Notes under the pieces: generated by a model
The model's database searches: none
The model's input: the letters and a program-made list of their open reading frames with translations, nothing else
Told to the model about the DNA's origin: nothing
Made by a program: the position numbers and the translations under genes
In this document: one piece after another, positions 48,010 to 60,754 of the stretch
How the letters are laid out: every line of letters starts with the position of its first letter
Numbering within the stretch: the first letter of the stretch is position 1
Assembly: GCA_964234715.1 (NCBI GenBank)
Contig: OZ174282.1
Source: Podarcis melisellensis
Taxonomy: Eukaryota
DNA: 64,000 bases
Reading direction: 5' to 3' (one strand)

Positions 48010-48229
48010 NNNNNNNNNNNNNNNNNNNNNNNNNNNNNNNNNNNNNNNNNNNNNNNNNNNNNNNNNNNNNNNNNNNNNNNNNNNNNNNNNNNNNNNNNNN
48101 NNNNNNNNNNNNNNNNNNNNNNNNNNNNNNNNNNNNNNNNNNNNNNNNNNNNNNNNNNNNNNNNNNNNNNNNNNNNNNNNNNNNNNNNNNNNNNNNNNNN
48201 NNNNNNNNNNNNNNNNNNNNNNNNNNNNN
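48010..48229. other. N-run, 220 nt
   Basis: Read directly. Confidence 0.99.
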
Positions 48230-50724
48230 GAGGTGTGAGCGTGGGGTGCACATTCCATGAGGAACAACTTCCAATTTTGTCTTGAACCCACAAGTGGCAT
48301 CTTTAGGAAATGGGTGTCTCTGGGCAGCATTGAAACACCTTCCTCATTCTCTCCCTCTCTCTCTGCAGATCATGGATTTCCCAGCAGACCCTGAGGTCAC
48401 CATCACTTTCATGAAGGTCGTCTCCTTTAGTTGGAGTTTGGCACTGCCTGCTTGATGTCCCATGGATGTACAACATTGCAAGTAGCCCACCTCCCAAGAG
48501 GCTGACTATTCTTTGGGCAAGAGTCTGGTCTTCTTACAAACCACATATGTGCCATCCTTGCAACTACTGGTACACCTTGACTCAGCTTGGAATTTGGATG
48601 GTGGGGGCAGGAATCAGAACATAACTTCTTTTCCCCAAGCTTACCCCTGAGACTTGAATCCTGCTGGGCTTCCAATTACTTTGTTGGGAGCACAATGGGG
48701 TCCAAATGCCTCTCAAGTCTCTGTGAGCTCCCCACCACCAGCAGCCAAACAATGCCCTTTTCTGCTTTCCTGGCAGTAGCAGCATTTGGGGAGGGGTGTC
48801 TCCCTGACCCTCTCTGTAAGCTCTTACTCTCTCTCAGGCACCTTGAACATGGAATGACACTTTCCCAGGAGCCAGGGGCATGACACTTTTGCAAGGCCCC
48901 TATGGGGTCTGTTTGCTTCATTAAGCTGTTTGCTTCATTAAGCAGCTGAGCATCACTCAGGTAATTGCGAACTTTGGCAACATCTCAAAATCTGAAGGAA
49001 AAGAAACAGGCCCTAAGTAAACAGTAGCCAAGAAAAGGTGACTGTAAGTGGCTGGAGGAGAGGCACACACAGCAGTAGCACCATCCCAGGGTTCAGTTCC
49101 CCACCCCCATGGCTGACTGAGAATTCTGCCCACCAGCGAGGCCAGGGAGCTCCCCCATCCCAGGCCAGGCATGAAAGGATACATCAAGGGAGAATCCACA
49201 GGGAGCCCAGCAAGTTAAAGTAGCAGGACACAACAACCACCCCCATTTCCTATGAGGGCTAGCTCTTCTCCATAATGTCCCAGCCATAGAGGGTACCACA
49301 GTCTTTGCTGAATGCAGGATAGCCCGGATTCCATGGTGCTCAACAGAATAATCACAAGAGGTCCATGTGGTCTCCTTTTTTGTTGCTGTTGCAAATCTCT
49401 CTACTGCTGCACGCTCCAGGGGTATGCAAAGCCTGAAGTCTTACACAGACAGATAAGCACACTTTGTTTCTCTGATATGTGCACAGCCTCCTGATTGCTT
49501 GCTGGGATTTTCACAACTATGTGCACAGCAGTCGTCTTATGAGAAGGCCTCTGCAAACAGTCAAGGAAGAGAGGTCTAATACTGGATATTAGACATCACT
49601 CAGGACGGCTCTATGGAACCCTCAAAGTCAGAGGAAGCCTACACTCCGAATACCAAATATTGTGGGGCAACCACCAGGGAAGACACTCCTCCCCCCCTTG
49701 CTTGTGAGCTTTCTGGCTGGTCTGAAGGACTTCCTTGTGGTACATGGACATGTTCCAGCCAACATGTCCTGAACTATTTCCATGTTGCTCTGAGAATTCA
49801 GACACTTCTCCTCCTCCTCAATAAACTTTCTCTGTGTTCCTGTGCCATCACATTCCTCATGCAAAAGGTACCAAAGAGGCTCCTGACATGCTTTGAACTC
49901 CCCCAAGGCGAGGCATCCTTGAGGGGCAAGCTGCACAGCCAGCAACAGCAGGCGCTAATTAGCCCAGATGTTCGATTGACTTGTTTTGTGTGTGTGGCTT
50001 TTCTTTTTTTTCCCTGGGTGTCTCATTTGCAGGATGTTCAATCACCTTCCCCTCTCTCTGATTCTGCAGTTGTGTGTGTTTCTATGTGACTGTTGGGTCT
50101 CAACGCCTGTCAAACAGTGCCACAGTAAATTGGACGTGTCAGCCCCAAGGTGCCGGTGCCAAGGTGCGAATTAGACACAGTCTCTTGCAGCTGTTCTTCT
50201 GACCTCCTACTCTATTAGCGGGACATCTGTAGATGTCCAATCAAGGAAGAACTGGACCTGCAGCCTGTTCCCATTGATGCCAAGGAAGCAGGAGAGGGCG
50301 GGGGGCAAGGAGGCAGATTGCAAGGGGAGGCCGGGTGGCAAACGCTGGCCAAGTGTCTCGAGGCACCTTCGTGGCTCGCCTTGAATTTCTGGAAGGCATC
50401 CTGGATGAGGGGGCTTTTCTGGGCTGGGCTGTAAGCCTTTTTGTGCAGCCCTAAGACAAGACCAAGTGTATGTGTGTGCAGAGGGAGCAGGGGTGGGGAG
50501 GCCTGAACTTCTTTCTGGACATCAGAAGAGCAGTTTGATGTTTTTTCACCATTAAAAGGAATGACCTGCTCTGTGAGCCGGGCACATCCACTCTGGATCT
50601 TTCTCCCTTTTCCAATTAGCTGTTCTCAAAAAACTGGGTGCCAAGACTGATTGCCCTTGAGTGACACCCAGCAAAGGCACCCTTGACTCTCAGCCAAATG
50701 CCCACCTGAGCCTTGGGACCTAAT

Positions 50725-50790
50725 GAATGTAGGGAGCTGCCCCACACCAAATCAGACCACGACTCCAGCTAGCTCAGACTTCTCCACACC
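50725..50790 (-). mobile_element. 3' fragment of the tRNA-derived SINE family
   Basis: gaatgtagggagctgcc...aaatcagacca...ctagctcag is the reverse tail of 8120-8308. Confidence 0.5.
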
Positions 50791-50896
50791 TGGAGGGGTA
50801 GGGTGCCTTTTTCATCTTGGGGGCCACGTTCCCTTATGGGTCACAGTCCCTGGACCAATGGCCTAATGCAAAAGTAGGCAGAGCAATGGACATGTA

Positions 50897-51240
50897 GTAT
50901 TATTTATTTATTTCATTAAGTTTACACACCACTTGATTGTAAAAAAACCCTCAAAGTGGTTTATGAAAGATAAAATGGTAAAATCAAATCAAACTTACAA
51001 CCCTACTATAAAACATACATTGGTTAATATATGAAAACAGATTAAAATTACCTTAACTTTCTAAGCAACTGGGTAGGCTTGTCTAATCAGGAATGCTTTT
51101 AGCAGGCACCAAACAGGGTACAGTGAAGGTGCTTGCTTGATCTCAATAGGCAGGGAGTTCCAAAGCGTAGGCACTGCCATACTAAATGATTGGGTTCTTA
51201 CAAATGCGGAATGGGAATTATGTGACACCTTCAGTAGTGC
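50897..51240 (-). mobile_element. L2 LINE 3' end
   Basis: ORF 51061-51243 (-) SFSMAVPTLWNSLPIEIKQAPSL...LLKAFLIRQAY is an L2 ORF2 terminus. Tail ttatttatttta near 50900. Confidence 0.85.
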
Positions 51241-52236
51241 CAAGTCTGGTCGAGTGGCTGCATGTAGGGTGCGGCAACCTCATAGGCAAACTGGTCCCAA
51301 GACATGACTCTTGTCTTTGTACGATGGACGCTGTTCCAGCTACACCAAGGCTTCTACACTCACCTCCCCATCCAGGCAATACGCAGGAGGCAGCATTGCA
51401 GTCCAAGGACACAACTGAAGCCAGGCAAAAGTACTCAAGGAGGGTGTGGAGGAGGGCCGGGGTGTGGCCTGGAGAATGGGGCATGGCCTGAGGAGAATCC
51501 CACTTCTGTTGCCCAGAGGTGCTGTTTGGGGCTGAGGTCCAGAGCTTTTGCATGCAAGGCATATGCTCTGCCTCCCCTTCTCTGCAAGAGTTTCCATCGG
51601 CTCTAGAGGAACCACTGCCTTGGCCAGAAAGGGGTTGGGGGTCACCTTTCCATGTACCTACCTCGTGGTTGCAGTGGGGAAAAGATCCTTCAGCTAAAGT
51701 AAAGGTCTGTTGGGAAGTGCCGCCCAAGCCCTCCCTTCTCTCTGTGCTGATTAAAGTCGAGCAGAGCCTGTGGCTCCCTCTCTACAGCACTGTCTGATCT
51801 CACGTAAGAAGTTACAATAGTTTAAAGTCTTATCTGATCTACCAAACCCAACAGTGCCTTTTTTTGTTTTTTTGTTTAAAGTCGGCAAAAGTCTTAAAAC
51901 TAATACACCAAAACATAGAAGTAGCGTCTAGTTTTTCATGTTGAAAGTAAGACATTTCCCTCTTACGGGTGACACGTTCATTGCTAATTACACAATTAGT
52001 TTATTATGCAGCACTTACCGAAAATAACAGATTTTGAAGTGTGAAGAAATGTCTACCAAATAACAGAATCATTCTGATACCATGAATAAATGTAGCCATT
52101 GTTTTCCTTTAAGCTGGAATTTGCTGAATGGAACTGAAGCCAAAAGCATTTTCAGAGTCCAAGGGAAGTTGCTGGGTCAGTGGAAATACAGAAGCAAAAT
52201 GGAGGGAGTAAAAGTTTCTTTTCGGTTTTTCGCAAC

Positions 52237-52580
52237 TAGGGATGGGTGAAACTGTCTATGTCTCTATTTCTCATTTTAAGTTCAGTTCCCCATATTTCCA
52301 TATCAGTGTGGATTAAAAAATAATAATCATTGGCATTTTTGTGTGCAAGTCTTCTAACATACACATTTGTTGAAAAGCAATCCCCCCTAATATAAATCAT
52401 TTTGGTATGTGAATTTACAAGGATAGTTATGTCTAAATTCACAACTAATTATAGAAATAGCAAATTAGGTAAGTTTGCCTTTAAATGTAAACAAATTGCT
52501 ATGGGTGCATTTAGAAATGAATGCAAGGAAAGTGCAATTAATTCACCGGGTTTTTTTAAGTCAAGAAGCTTGAATGCGAA
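52237..52580. mobile_element. Old hAT (Ac-type terminus) relic
   Basis: Starts tagggatgggtgaa (Ac-like TAGGGATG end) with an AT-rich interior. Right end not resolved. Confidence 0.5.
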
Positions 52581-53083
52581 AGAGTAGGCATTTCGACCTT
52601 TTCTAACCACCATTTCCAGTCATTCCTTTAAACATTTCACAGGCCCATTTCATTTTGCAAAGTTGCTGGTTTCTCTTTGGGACCAACTAATATTTGCACA
52701 GATGCACTGCAAAGTCCATAATGATTTCCATAAGTGGGAATGGACACACAGTCACACTTTAACAATGCACACAATCTCTGAATACAAGGATGTATATGAA
52801 GAGGACTGATTACAATCTTGCTCCTTTAAGAAAAGGAAAAATGTATTATTCCTGAAAGCTTCTTTCTGTAATAAAAAGTTATTTTCCACCCAAAAGCAAA
52901 CCATTGCTAGCTAAAGAAAGGGCTGGGGATGAGGGCTGACCTGCTTGGCATGCTCAGTGTTTCCTCAGTTCCTACTGAGATGGTTGGAGGAGAGAAGCCT
53001 GATGATGAGAATCTACGCTACACAACCACACACATACAACACACATGGGAGGACTTTGTCAGAAAACATCATACATGACAAAA

Positions 53084-53168
53084 TGGCCCCTACATAAAAT
53101 GTTTTTAATGTTTGATGTTTTATTGTCTTTTTATATTTAGCGGCATACTATATTATTATTATTATTTG
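53084..53168 (+). mobile_element. L2-like 3' tail fragment
   Basis: gtttttaatgtttgatgttttattgtctttttatat...(tat)n is similar to 33683-33720. Confidence 0.45.
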
Positions 53169-54247
53169 CAGAACCACATGGCCAAAAGAAGAAGGGTGTC
53201 TGCCAGGCTCTCTCTGCAGAGCAGCCTGGACCTCTGTGCAAATTATTGTCCCTTCAGCCAGCTAGTGTGGAAGCTGGATGCAGGCAAGGCTGCCTGGAGT
53301 GGGAAGAGAAGGAAGTAATTCTGCCCAAGGGGCTTAGGCATTCTTCAGGGATATTGTTAGTTTTAATTGTGCTGAGTTCACTCACCTTTGCGACATAAAA
53401 CATTTTTATTTATGTCGTGCTTTAGCTGAGCCCAGCGCTTTGCAGACCTTCCCCTACCCTCAGTCTCTGGCATTTCTATTCCCGGGAAGTTATAGCCCTA
53501 ATCTTGGGCTGGCCAAAGGCCAGAGGGGCACCACATAGGGAGGCAGGAGGAGCCTGGGAACGGTCACTGTAGCTAATGCCCACCTTTAAAATATTCCCTG
53601 GAAATCTGGGGGCAGAAGCAGAAAAGGTTTCGAAGCAATGGTTCATATACATAGATATAGGATAGGGGAGTGTGCAGGGGGAAAGAAAGATGAGGGCGAG
53701 CCTCACAGTCAGGCCAGGATAACAGGATGGGGGGGGGGCTTTGCACATGAAGGACATAAAAGGGGGTTGTGCTGGCGAATAACCACAGAGGCAGAGGCAG
53801 CCATGCTGAGACTAGAAGAAAAGATTGAGGAGCTTTCCCCCCCTAACATGGCTGGTCTGCTGGTACCTGGACCAGAGGTGAATTTAGGGGAATGCGGCTG
53901 GTTTGCCCGCACTTTTTAAGCTGGGAGGGTTCTGCAACCAGGGCTTTTTTCAGCTGGAACTCACTGGAATTCAGTTCCAGAGCCTCACAGGTGGGTTCTG
54001 GCACCTCTCTGGTAGGCACCATTGCCATTCTAAAAGAATGAGGGAGGTGTTCATAGTGAGTTCTTTTTCTAGAAAAATAGCCCTGACTGTAACAATGACA
54101 AACAACAGAAGGCGAGAGGCAGGGGTGCACTGAATTTTGGCATCACACAGGGTACCACTGAAATTGTAAAGTCCAAAGTCTGCCACTGCCAGAAAGGACT
54201 CTGGCAACCCCCTGCTGGGTATCACCAGGGTGGCCCCTTTGTGCCTG

Positions 54248-54382
54248 GGGCTGCATAAACACACACTCCCAAAGGAATTCTGGGAACTATAGTTTAGCCC
54301 TTACAGAGCTACAATACCACCTAGCAGTCTTAACAAACTGAAGTTCCTATAATCCTTGTGGGAGGGAGGAGTGTACCCAAGC
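54248..54382. mobile_element. MITE, family of 1548-1713
   Basis: attctgggaactatagtttagcccttacagagctacaa...cttaacaaactgaagttcc. Confidence 0.65.
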
Positions 54383-54704
54383 TTGGCCCAGCATGGGATT
54401 CACAACTATCTCTTTATTTAAAAAGCAGATTTCCATGAGGCATAACAGGGCAGAGTTGGCTCACTTCAGCAGCACATGCACTAAAATCAGAAGGATACAG
54501 AGACCACAGCCCCTGCACAAGGAAGGCATGCAAACTCATTAAATGTTCCTTTAGGGTGGGGGTAATGTAAAAATGTAAAATGAATAACTCTCTCTCTCTC
54601 TCTCTCACAGACACACACACCATAATGGACACCCCTTTTGGAGACTCCCATATGGTCAGCTGTGGTCCTTTCCTCATAGAATTGCTGTTGCTGTTTGCCA
54701 TAGA

Positions 54705-54830
54705 TGACTCCACTATCTTCACAACTACGCTGAGGCAGGGTGAGAAAGTTACCCAGCATAGCCCACCCAAGGTGCTTGCAGCTAAGCTGGTAGCTCAGCC
54801 TGATTCCTCTTCCATTGTGCATTGCAGTGG
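54705..54830 (-). mobile_element. Degenerate MIR/Squam3-like SINE
   Basis: atcttcacaactacgctgaggcagggtgag...cccaaggtgcttgcagctaag. Confidence 0.4.
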
Positions 54831-55520
54831 CCCTATGGAGCAGGCCCCCTTCCTGATCCCATAGTCCCCAGAGGCTTTTTTGCATCTGGCCAGACCTGGA
54901 GTGGGGGCAGAGGAGAAAGAATGGGATTCTAGTGCACATCCCAGGGAAAGTTGGCCTTGAAAGAGAGCCCTAAAGGAGTCCTGTAGCTGCCTTAGAGACA
55001 ATTCCAAGCAGCTCCAAAATACTTCTGTAACTCAAAGGTAACAAAGGTATTCGGTGAGAACAGTGGAAAATCCATTATTTCCGATTTTCGAGCGGCTCAC
55101 ATTTCTTGTCCTTTAAATGCACCACCTCCCCCATTTCTCCCCCATAGCAGTAATTCAGACCTATGGGTAGGGGGAGAAGAAACCTCATTAAGAAGCTCCC
55201 CCAAAAGAGGGCTCAATGAGGTCTCATTTCATCATAATGAGCTCCAATTGAACACGATCATTATTTCTGACATTAAAGTCCTCTGAATCATGTCACACGC
55301 CTGGGGGCTATTTTCTTCCTTGCCCTCTAATGCTAGAAATAACAAGCCACCGTTAAGGGACAGGGAATCTGTGGCAATAAAATTCCATCAAAATGGGAAT
55401 TTTACTCCTGGCAGACTGGCTGCGATCCAGTCAAAGTTTGTTGAGGCAGGTGGTCTGTCCTCACTTTGTGTGGTTGGTCCCTGTCCCTCCCTCCCAACCT
55501 GTGAGGCCACTGGTGTGATA

Positions 55521-55573
<53 letters not shown>

Positions 55574-55932
55574 AACAAGGCTTCATTACCTTCCCATTGC
55601 CAACATAGTGGTGATTAAGTAAGCTTACAACAGATTTGATTTGTTGTAAGCCAATTAGCTCCCTTGTTGTTAACCAATTAATCGGATGTCCAGAGTAAAC
55701 ATTAAGCATCCGCTTCGACTGTCCCTGGAAAATCTCTGTGCCTCCTTTGTCCCTTGGAGAGATTCAGGGTTTGCCTTGTTAAAACGCCTGTCAATGTCCC
55801 CTTCCTTAGGTTTCATTCCCCCCCCCCACTTTCTCTGGCTCTCTGGCAGGGGTGGGAGTCATCTGGCCGGATTCATCTCTTGACTAGAGTGCACAGGTAT
55901 GTAAAGGCAGGTCCCAAATGCTGGCAAGTGGT

Positions 55933-56003
<71 letters not shown>

Positions 56004-56639
56004 CCTCCCACAATAACTGCCTATTCAGATAGCAAATGTAGCTAAACATGTTTGAGTTACAGAGTAAATGAACAGCAGAACATCAATAGATCTGCTTAGA
56101 TAAGGGATTCTCAAACTGTGTTATAGTGAGCCTCATTCCCCAGAGATGCTCTTGCTAAAACAGGCTGCAGAGCAAGAAGAACCTCAGAGACGTTGCTCAC
56201 GAGAGTGCAGGGATTTGGTGCTACATAAGCCAATGTTGTGGCACCATAGGTGGGTCCTGCTCTCCCATTTGGACCCAGAGAGATGAGCAGGGGATCAATG
56301 CATTCCCTGCATATTAGAGCAGGGGTAGCCAATGTGCTGCCCTCCAGATGTTGTGGAACTGCCTCTGCATAGAAGTCAAGTAACAATACAGAGTCCACAC
56401 CTGAACCCAAGAACTATGGCCCTTCTTTATACCATCAGTGACAGCCATCCTCCCTGCCAGTCCCTCACATGCTAAGTCATTTGGCTAAAATACTGGAAAG
56501 AACAAAAAATCTGTTGGATTGTTACAGATCTTTGCATACTACACTTCTTTCTTCAAGGGTCACACAACCCTGTGAGGTAGGTTAGGCTGGGAGAGAGTGG
56601 CTGTCCTCCAGGGGTGCTTAATGGGAGAATGATCATTTG

Positions 56640-56805
56640 GCCTGCATTCACGCTATACATTAAAAGCACATGCTTGCTCCCCAAATCCTGGGACCTATTG
56701 TTTGTTAAGGGTGCTGGGAACTGTAGCTCCATGAGGGGTAAACTGCAGTTCCCAGGGTTCTTTGGGGGAATTCATGTGCTTAAAATGTATGGAATGTACA
56801 CAGTC
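56640..56805. mobile_element. Duplicate of MITE 1548-1713
   Basis: Lies within repeat copy B. Confidence 0.75.
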
Positions 56806-59736
56806 TCAGAGGCACTCAGGCTCCTCGTCACCTTAAGCCCAGCCCTCCAGCCAGCCACTATTCCACACTGGCTCCCCAGGATGGCGGGTGCAATGTATTC
56901 ATTCTGTGGTTATCAACATCTCAGATCTAACAAAAAATGCAGCCGTGGTGCCATCTCAGACCTCCTATGAGAACCTGTCCAACTACCCCAGGCCCCAATT
57001 CTGCAGAGGTCCAGTCATGTCCTCCTCAGAATATGGCTGAGGCAGGCTCAGCATTTTGGCAAAACAGAGCAGGAAGCATCTCTGCTTATTAGATGGAGTC
57101 TACCCCGTCACTGTCTCTCCCCCACCGTCCTCCGCCTTGCCTGCTATCTAACCTCTTCCGAATTATGTCAGCCGCTTTGATTTCATTGACTCTGAAATGC
57201 ATTTTCATAAAGGTGCAAATGGGTTGATTAGTTTATTCAGGGGTATTGACAAGCTGTAACGTGCTGGAGCAGCGAGTCCATCTCCTGCCACGCTTGAGGA
57301 GGCAGTGGCTACCCCACTGAAGTGACATAAGCAGGAATCAAAAGTGCCCGACTCCCACCATGACTGAGTGAGGACACGTTCATTGCTCTGACATTGGCCG
57401 AAGGATGACTTTTGTAGGATTCTGCTCTCTGGATGTGGCTACCAGTAAGTGAGCTATCAATGGTGTGGGGGAAGGAGGAGTGGGAAGGAGGAGCCCTGGG
57501 ATCAATCAGAGGAGAAGGAGGAGAAGTTTAGCTGGGCCCCCTCTCACCTGCCCATTCCATCACCAGCAGCCAGCCAACCAGTCCAGGATGCATGTAGGAT
57601 TTTAGATCTCAGCACCAGCACTGCACTGTCCCTCATCCATGGGAAACGGTGGGCAGCTCCCTGAGGCCCACAACCTTGGCAAAAGTTACAGGTTAGAAGG
57701 GAGCTAGAGGAGAAGTAAGTGGGGTGCCCCTACTGCATCAGAATCGGGGGAGTGCCCTTGATTTGGCTTTGACCTGGAAACCTCAGCAGGTGAGAGAGCA
57801 GTCTACTGCTGGCAGGGTGGCAGTGAAGGTTTATGGCCCAGCAGGGGACAAGGGGGGCACCTGATTTCACCACTCACCAGCTGGAGTGTGGAACCACCTG
57901 TTTGCCATGCCACATTCTGGGTACAACCCAGAAAAGGAGTCCCCACCCACCCACCTACCCAGAGCCACAACCTTGCCTCATTCTGTGCCAGGGGCAGGAA
58001 GCGCAGCCTGACAAGTGCCCTCGAAAATCACAGCTCCATTTGCATATGCAAAACAACTTGTGACTGATTCCCTCCAGGGATGCTAAGTGGCATCCATATG
58101 GCAGCAGGCGACTCCTGCCACATTCGGTATTAATCTCCCTCGTTTAGAGAGTGTTTTGTGATCATTATCTCATTAATCCCCCACAACATCCCTGCCAGGC
58201 AAGTAGGTCAGCTCCCTCCTGCCCACTTTACATGGGGCGGTGGGGAGGAGGGAAGGAGGCAGAAGCCGCCGTGAGGGAACAATGACTCATGCCAGGGAAA
58301 TCAGCCCACGGATGAATGAGCTGGACTTGGATTCCAGGCCTCTGCTCCACTGAGGCCCATTTGCAGTGGCTCTTGCCTTGGAGCAGACTGAAGATGGGCC
58401 AACACCACAGGGCAGGCAGATGGGGTGCCCTTCCAGATTGGGCTCAGGAAGAGTCTCTGCTTCTGGGGACCCTTCATCAGACTTGCCACCTGTGTGAGGG
58501 TGAGCACCTGTCCACCTCTTGCATGCTTCCGCCCTTTGCTTTCCACACGTGCGTTCCTTGTGCAAGTCCTCAGGAAACAGGCTATGTGTGTGTGCATGTG
58601 CATGTGATTGATTGATTATGGGGGCATGCCAAGTGCTGAATGAGCCTTTCCAGAGAAAGGGGCCAATTGCTATCTTTCCCTCTAATTGGTGTGTTTGTGT
58701 GGAGTGAGCAGGCAGCTCAGGCAGAAGAGGCTGCAGACGGGGGGTGGGGGTGGGCTGCAGTTCTGCTGCCTGAGTTGGAGAGAAATGGTTAGTAACTCAG
58801 GCTGGTCCCTCAGGGGTTCATTAAGTGACTGGTCATCCACTATATCCTGTCACTTCTGACCTGGAAACATAAACACGAAGGAGGCCAGCTTTGCAATATG
58901 CATGTGCCTCTCCTCCCTCTGCTCGGCCCACAGTGTGGCTCCTAACAATGGGTGCACAGCATCAAAACCACATGCAAGGAATCATGGGTGGTGCTCTCCT
59001 GGCTCCCAGAGTTACTGCTGCACACCCTTTTCTGAGAACAGCCTCTTTGCTTTTCCACCAAAGGTGCCATGGTGAAGAGGCAGGGAGCAGGTGGAAGAGG
59101 GAAAGAAGCAAAGGCCACAGAGATGCTCTTCCAGAAGTCTGTGGCATCAATCAAGAGGGTCTCCCCCAGGGGGACCTAAGGGCCCGAGTCTGCCGTATGG
59201 GGCTGCCCCCTGGACACACACAGCTTGAACCAGAGATGTTGCTCAAAGGACATCTCCAACAGGCACTTGCTGAACATAATCCCTGTGCTAGAGTATTTGC
59301 TAATCCCAGTGGGAAATCTGAGTTCTTCATCCCGCCTGCAGATTATACAGGATGGGAACCCCTTCTGAAATTACACTTGTGCCTGCTTGTGTTTTGTGCC
59401 CATGACTGGCTGATCCTGAACACAGCAGCAACAACACAGCATGGCTGACCATGCTCTTGGGCTCAGTTTCAGCTACACTCTCTTAGGACTCCCTGTTTGG
59501 TCTGTTAAAAACAGCAACAGGTTGAGAGGGATTACCGTATTTGTCAACTTACTCTACCCCCACCCCACTCTGCCCCACCCCGTCGCCACTCCCAGAGTTA
59601 AACGGTGCCTCTTCCCTTTCCGCCTCAGCTCTCTAGATCTTTTGTCAAGGACCTTAGAGCTAAGTTGCTCTGTGTTCCAGCCCTCTGGGAGTTCATTTTG
59701 CAGCTTCTAGATCCAGCAGGCCTGATCTGGCCAGAT

Positions 59737-59942
59737 CAGAGTTTTCCAAACCGTGTGTTGTGACACGTTAGTATGTCAGCTGCGGTGTGTAGGTGTGTTG
59801 CGCGAACACTCCCCGCACTCCTCTCAGAGCTGGAAAGGGTTAGTTTAACCTCCATGTTTGCCAGTAAAACTGAATTGCTGTGTTGCAAAATGATGCATGT
59901 CTAAAAAGTGTGTCACCAACATGAAAAGTTTGAAAAGCTCTG
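59737..59942. mobile_element. Duplicate of hAT element 4645-4850
   Basis: Same TIRs and ggccagat TSD. Confidence 0.9.
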
Positions 59943-60689
59943 GGCCAGATAGCTGTTTTTTGGGTGCGCAGTGGGGCTCTTGATGCAGCTGCCCTGCAGG
60001 AATCCTATCCCCCACCCCTATTGCTCAGATATTTGCGGACATCCCTCTGGTTGGCATCCCTTCAATATTTACAGTTACCTTGCCCTCCCTGCAGTTGTCT
60101 CTCTGCCAAGCTATGCGTATTTAGCTCCTTTAATCTTTTCTCATAAATCAATCTCTTCGGCCTCTTAATCCCCTTTGTTGCTGTCCTCTAATCTCCCTCT
60201 TTGTTTATCAATATCTCTCTGGGACTGAGGAGACCACATCTCAACTCAGGAGGAGACTTGGAAAGCATGGCTCCTGCACAGGGGCTCTGCCCTTTGCCCA
60301 GGAACCTAGTGAGGAAGCCTTGACATGAGCTGCTCAATGCTGCACTGCCCCATCCCTCCACGTGGGAAATCTGGATTGGCTATCTCACCTAAGAGGGAGC
60401 TCTGTCTGGAGCCACAGAAGGCAGAGGGTCTCCCCTCTGATCTCTTTAGGACCACTGGCTCCTCAGGCCTTTGACCTTAGGATCCATCATCCAGTTGTCA
60501 CCAGAGCCAACCGGCATAAACTGTGTACAGCCCATTTTACAGCAGGTCTTGTAACAAAGAGAAAACAACCCAAGAGGTGTGGCCTCTTGATGAGCAAAAC
60601 ATATTTTCAGTCCATGCTCAGATAAGTGATTTCTTACCCAATAATATTGCCGGCCTTCTCCCTACTCAAGAACTGCTTTAAAAAGGGGG

Positions 60690-60754
<65 letters not shown>

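Noticed and set aside
23174-48330. ORFs containing X runs
   Set aside because: Artefacts of translating through N-runs.
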